Source of the DNA: Solirubrobacterales bacterium
Lineage (GTDB): Bacteria; Actinomycetota; Thermoleophilia; Solirubrobacterales; 70-9
Reading direction: 5' to 3'
NCBI GenBank assembly: GCA_035693025.1
Contig: DASSHI010000038.1
Span: forward strand, 41,416-105,415
Length of the DNA: 64,000 bases
Under the pieces are notes generated by a model that was not told where the DNA came from, did no database searches, and saw only the letters and a list, made by a program, of their open reading frames with translations. Each line of letters opens with the position of its first letter. Position 1 is the stretch's first letter. Both the position numbers and the translations under genes were made by a program. This document shows positions 60,903 to 64,000 of this stretch, in pieces.

Positions 60903-62078
60903 GTGCCCATCGCCACCGAGGTGACGGCACAGTCCAAGTCCAAGGAAGCGATCGCGGACCGGCTCTCCGAGGCGCGGACGCGCACCTACGAGCTGATCGA
61001 GCCGCTCGACGACGCTCAGCTCAATCGCGTCTATTCGCCGCTGCTCAGCCCGTTGGCCTGGGACCTCGGCCACATCGCCAACTTCGAGGAGCTCTGGCTG
61101 GTGCAGACGATCGGCGAGCGCGAGCCTCTGCGCGGCGAGCTCGGCCGTTTCTACGACGCGATCGAGAACCCGCGGAGGGAGCGCAACGAGCTCCCCATCC
61201 TGCGCGACGCCGAGCTGCGCTCCTACCTCGCCGACGTGCGCGAGCGCACCCTCGAGGTGCTTGCCGAGGTTGACGTCTCCGCCGACGCGGAGGACCCGCT
61301 GCTGCGCGAAGGCTTCGTCTACGAGATGCTGATCGCGCACGAGCAGCAGCACAACGAGACGATGCTGCAGCTGCTGCAGATGGTCGAGGGCTACGAGCTC
61401 CCGGCGGGCTTCCGTGCGCCCGGCAGCACGGGGCATCTCTCGCCCGGACAAGCGTCGGGCCAATTGGCCCGACGCTTTGAGTATCCGCCCGTTCGAGAGA
61501 TGCCCCGCGCTGCCTACGAAATCGGCGCCCCCGACCGCGGATTCGCCTACGACAACGAGCGGGCACGGCACGTGGTTGAGCTGGCGGCGTTCGAGATCGA
61601 TCGAACTCCTGTGACCAACGGCGCGTACATCGCTTACATGGAGGCGACCGGGGCCGAGCCACCGCTGTATTGGGAGCGCGGGGGGGATGGGTGGATCCAC
61701 ACGGCGATGGGGCGTCGCGGCCCGCTCGAGCCTGACGACCCGGTCATGCACGTCTCCTGGGAGGAGGCCGACGCCTTCGCCCGCTGGGCCGGCAAGCGGT
61801 TGCCTACCGAGCATGAGTGGGAGGCCGCCAGGCCTGAGTTGGAGGCCGTCGGCCAGGTCTGGGAGTGGACCTCCTCCGACTTCCTCGCCTATCCCGGCTT
61901 CGAGGCCTTCCCCTACCGGGAGTACTCGCAGGCCTTCTTCGGCGACGAGTACAAGGTGCTGCGCGGTGGCTCCTGGGCCACCCATCCCGACCTGATGCGG
62001 CCCAGCTTCCGCAACTGGGACCTGCCGCAGCGCCGCCAGATCTTCTCCGGCTTTCGCTGTGCGAGGGACGGCCGATGA
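60903..62078 (+). CDS. egtB: Ergothioneine biosynthesis sulfoxide synthase EgtB (DinB_2 + FGE-sulfatase domains)
   Basis: WDLGHIANFEE, HEQQHNETM, FAYDNERARHVV, RTPVTNGAY and LRGGSWAT motifs. Start is uncertain (GTG 60903 or ATG 60849). Confidence 0.8.
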   Translation: MPIATEVTAQSKSKEAIADRLSEARTRTYELIEPLDDAQLNRVYSPLLSPLAWDLGHIANFEELWLVQTIGEREPLRGELGRFYDAIENPRRERNELPILRDAELRSYLADVRERTLEVLAEVDVSADAEDPLLREGFVYEMLIAHEQQHNETMLQLLQMVEGYELPAGFRAPGSTGHLSPGQASGQLARRFEYPPVREMPRAAYEIGAPDRGFAYDNERARHVVELAAFEIDRTPVTNGAYIAYMEATGAEPPLYWERGGDGWIHTAMGRRGPLEPDDPVMHVSWEEADAFARWAGKRLPTEHEWEAARPELEAVGQVWEWTSSDFLAYPGFEAFPYREYSQAFFGDEYKVLRGGSWATHPDLMRPSFRNWDLPQRRQIFSGFRCARDGR

Positions 62079-63064
62079 CGCCCGGGGCCGCTGCCGAGGA
62101 GATCGAGATCGATGTGCACCTACGCGCCGACGGCGGCCTGGCGATGGCGCGGGACATCAGGCTCGGATTGACCGCCAAACCGAAGGAGCTCGCGCCCAAG
62201 TACTTCTACGACGAGCGCGGTTCGCAGCTCTTCGAGCGCATCACCGAGCTCGACGAGTACTACCCGACCCGGGCCGAGCGCGAGATCCTCGCCCACCGCT
62301 CGGCCGAGATCGTCGCCGCCGCGGGCGAGCCGGGCACCCTGGTCGAGCTCGGCTCCGGCTCGGCGAGCAAGACGCGCCACCTGCTCAGCGCGATGCGCGA
62401 CGCCGGCTGCCTGGCCACCTACGTGCCGGTCGACATCTCCGAGGAGATCACCCGCGAAACGGCGGAAGCGCTGGTCGAGGAGTACCCCGGCCTGACGATC
62501 CATGGCCTCGTCTGCGATTTCGAGCATGACCTCGAGCGAATTCCCGACGGCGGCGACGGTCGCCTCGTCGCCTTCCTCGGGGGCACGATCGGGAACCTCT
62601 ATCCCGAAGCCCGCAGTGACTTCCTCGCCCGCATCGTCGCCCTGCTCGAGCCGGGGGATCGGATTCTGCTCGGCACCGACTTGGTCAAGAGCGCCGACCG
62701 GCTCGAGGCCGCCTATGACGATTCCCTGGGCGTCACCGCCGAATTCAACAAGAACGTCCTCAGCGTCCTCAACCGCGAGTACGGCGGCGACTTCGACCTC
62801 GACTCCTTTGCCCACGTCGCCCGCTACGACGCCGCCGCGGCGCGCATGGACATACGCCTGCGCTCGCTCGCCGAGCAGGCGGTACGGCTCGACGGGCTCG
62901 ACCTGACGGTGCGCTTCGCCGCCGGGGAGGAGATGCGCACCGAGATCTCGTCCAAGTTCACCCGCGAGCGGCTCGACGAGGTCTACCGCGAGGCCGGGCT
63001 GCGGCTGGACGGTTGGTTCACCGACTCCGCTGGGGATTATGCGCTCAGCCTAGCTTCGGTTTAA
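62075..63064 (+). CDS. egtD: L-histidine N-alpha-methyltransferase EgtD
   Basis: ATGA overlap with egtB. KYFYDERGSQLFERITELDEYYPTRAE and VELGSGSASKT motifs. Confidence 0.85.
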   Translation: MTPGAAAEEIEIDVHLRADGGLAMARDIRLGLTAKPKELAPKYFYDERGSQLFERITELDEYYPTRAEREILAHRSAEIVAAAGEPGTLVELGSGSASKTRHLLSAMRDAGCLATYVPVDISEEITRETAEALVEEYPGLTIHGLVCDFEHDLERIPDGGDGRLVAFLGGTIGNLYPEARSDFLARIVALLEPGDRILLGTDLVKSADRLEAAYDDSLGVTAEFNKNVLSVLNREYGGDFDLDSFAHVARYDAAAARMDIRLRSLAEQAVRLDGLDLTVRFAAGEEMRTEISSKFTRERLDEVYREAGLRLDGWFTDSAGDYALSLASV

Positions 63065-63109
63065 AGTCCTGGACCGTGAATACCCGGAGGAAGATCGAGG
63101 AGGACCAAA

Positions 63110-64000
63110 TTGAGCCTTGACGTCTACCTGTACGGGGAACGTGTCGGCACCTTGTTCCCCGCGGGTGACAACGACTACAGACTTGCCTACGACCCGGAGG
63201 TGGTGGAGAGGGTCGGACCCGGCCGGGCTCTGCTCAGCAACTCGCTGCCCGCCCGCCCCGAGCCCTACAGCGCCGAGGCCACGCGCGCTTATGTCGAAGG
63301 CCTGCTCCCGGAAGGCTCGCGCCGCGCCCGGCTCGGTCGCGAGCTCGAGATCGATGCCTCCGACGGGTACCTCTTGCTGGAGGAGCTTGGACAGGATTGC
63401 GTCGGCGCGGTCAGCTTCCTGCCCGCCGGGGAGACCGCCGGCGCGGGCGAGCCCGATTCGCTTGCCTGGCTCGAGGAGGACACGCTTGCCGAAGCGGTGA
63501 AGCGACCGGCGCCGGTGCTGGGGGAGGGGGATCGGGAGCATCACAACCACTTCGTGCTGCCGGGCCAGCGCCACAAGCTGGCCCTGGTCCGCGCCGAGCG
63601 CGGCGACCGCTGGGCCTGGCCCGACGCGGGGACCCCGAGTACGCACGTGATCAAGCCCGAGACCGGCGAATATCCGGAATACGTCGCCAACGAGATGTTC
63701 TGCATGACCGTCTGCCGTCAGGTCGGGCTGCCGGTGGCCAAAGCGACCGTCGAGCAGGTCGGTGGGCGCCGCTGCCTGGTCTCGCCCCGCTACGACCGCC
63801 TCATCGGCGAGGCCGCGACGGAGGCGAGGCGGCTGCACTGCGAGTCCTTCTCGCAGGCGCTGGGCATCCTGCCCGGCACGCCGATCGCCGGCGGTGACGA
63901 GAAAGGCGAAGCGCCGGGCTGGGCGGAAGCGCGTGGCCTGTTGAGCGCTGTCAGCCGCCCCGACGAAGTGGTCAACCTGCTGACCGCCGCCTTCTGCAAC
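63110..64000 (+). CDS. hipA: HipA-family Ser/Thr kinase toxin (3' end outside window)
   Basis: Not in the ORF track because it has no stop within the window. TTG start after GAGGAGGA. LDVYLYGERVGTL, LGQDCVGAVSF, LPGQRHKLAL and STHVIKPE motifs. Confidence 0.8.
   Translation, partial: MSLDVYLYGERVGTLFPAGDNDYRLAYDPEVVERVGPGRALLSNSLPARPEPYSAEATRAYVEGLLPEGSRRARLGRELEIDASDGYLLLEELGQDCVGAVSFLPAGETAGAGEPDSLAWLEEDTLAEAVKRPAPVLGEGDREHHNHFVLPGQRHKLALVRAERGDRWAWPDAGTPSTHVIKPETGEYPEYVANEMFCMTVCRQVGLPVAKATVEQVGGRRCLVSPRYDRLIGEAATEARRLHCESFSQALGILPGTPIAGGDEKGEAPGWAEARGLLSAVSRPDEVVNLLTAAFCN

Overview
64-kb, very GC-rich (about 70% by eye), gene-dense bacterial chromosomal segment. The peptide signatures fit a high-GC actinobacterium, possibly Thermoleophilia/Rubrobacteria-like; this is inference only. 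Those signatures are an F420-type LLM oxidoreductase, egtBD, a coiled-coil NlpC/P60 hydrolase, many TetR/MocR/MarR regulators and TAT-type signals. I call about 66 protein-coding genes. Most other ORFs in the six-frame track are Arg/Ala/Pro/Gly-rich shadow ORFs lying antisense or out of frame to real genes. I recognised no rRNA, tRNA, CRISPR array, transposase, integrase or phage gene. Core content includes an ABC-2 exporter, a cupredoxin plus multicopper oxidase, glnK-amt, vapBC, PBP1A and a tyrosinase operon. It also includes satP-acs, a persulfide-dioxygenase/rhodanese fusion, an osmoprotectant ABC importer and MTA deaminase plus phosphorylase. The remainder covers a thiolase/crotonase/thioesterase operon, a P-type ATPase, pntAA-AB-B, egtB-egtD and a 3'-truncated hipA. 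Six things stand out. (1) A structured ~115-nt palindromic repeat family, with 3 full copies plus 1 solo arm, shows compensatory arm substitutions, and in one copy mirrored TAG codons terminate both convergent genes. (2) A mirror-duplicated quartet of TetR genes sits next to a collagen-like anchored protein and two giant secreted proteins with Cys-containing His/Arg-rich tails; this is my best candidate for an undescribed module. (3) An ECF sigma/anti-sigma pair is flanked by two paralogous heptad-repeat tail-anchored microproteins, and a shared TTCTGYCTAC motif lies upstream of all three units. (4) A split tyrosinase operon ends in a PLD-type gene whose conserved N-terminus has no canonical start codon. 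(5) Two further genes (the multicopper oxidase and the MocR regulator) also lack any in-frame ATG/GTG/TTG ahead of essential N-terminal motifs. (6) A second, shorter hairpin repeat family is present in two copies.
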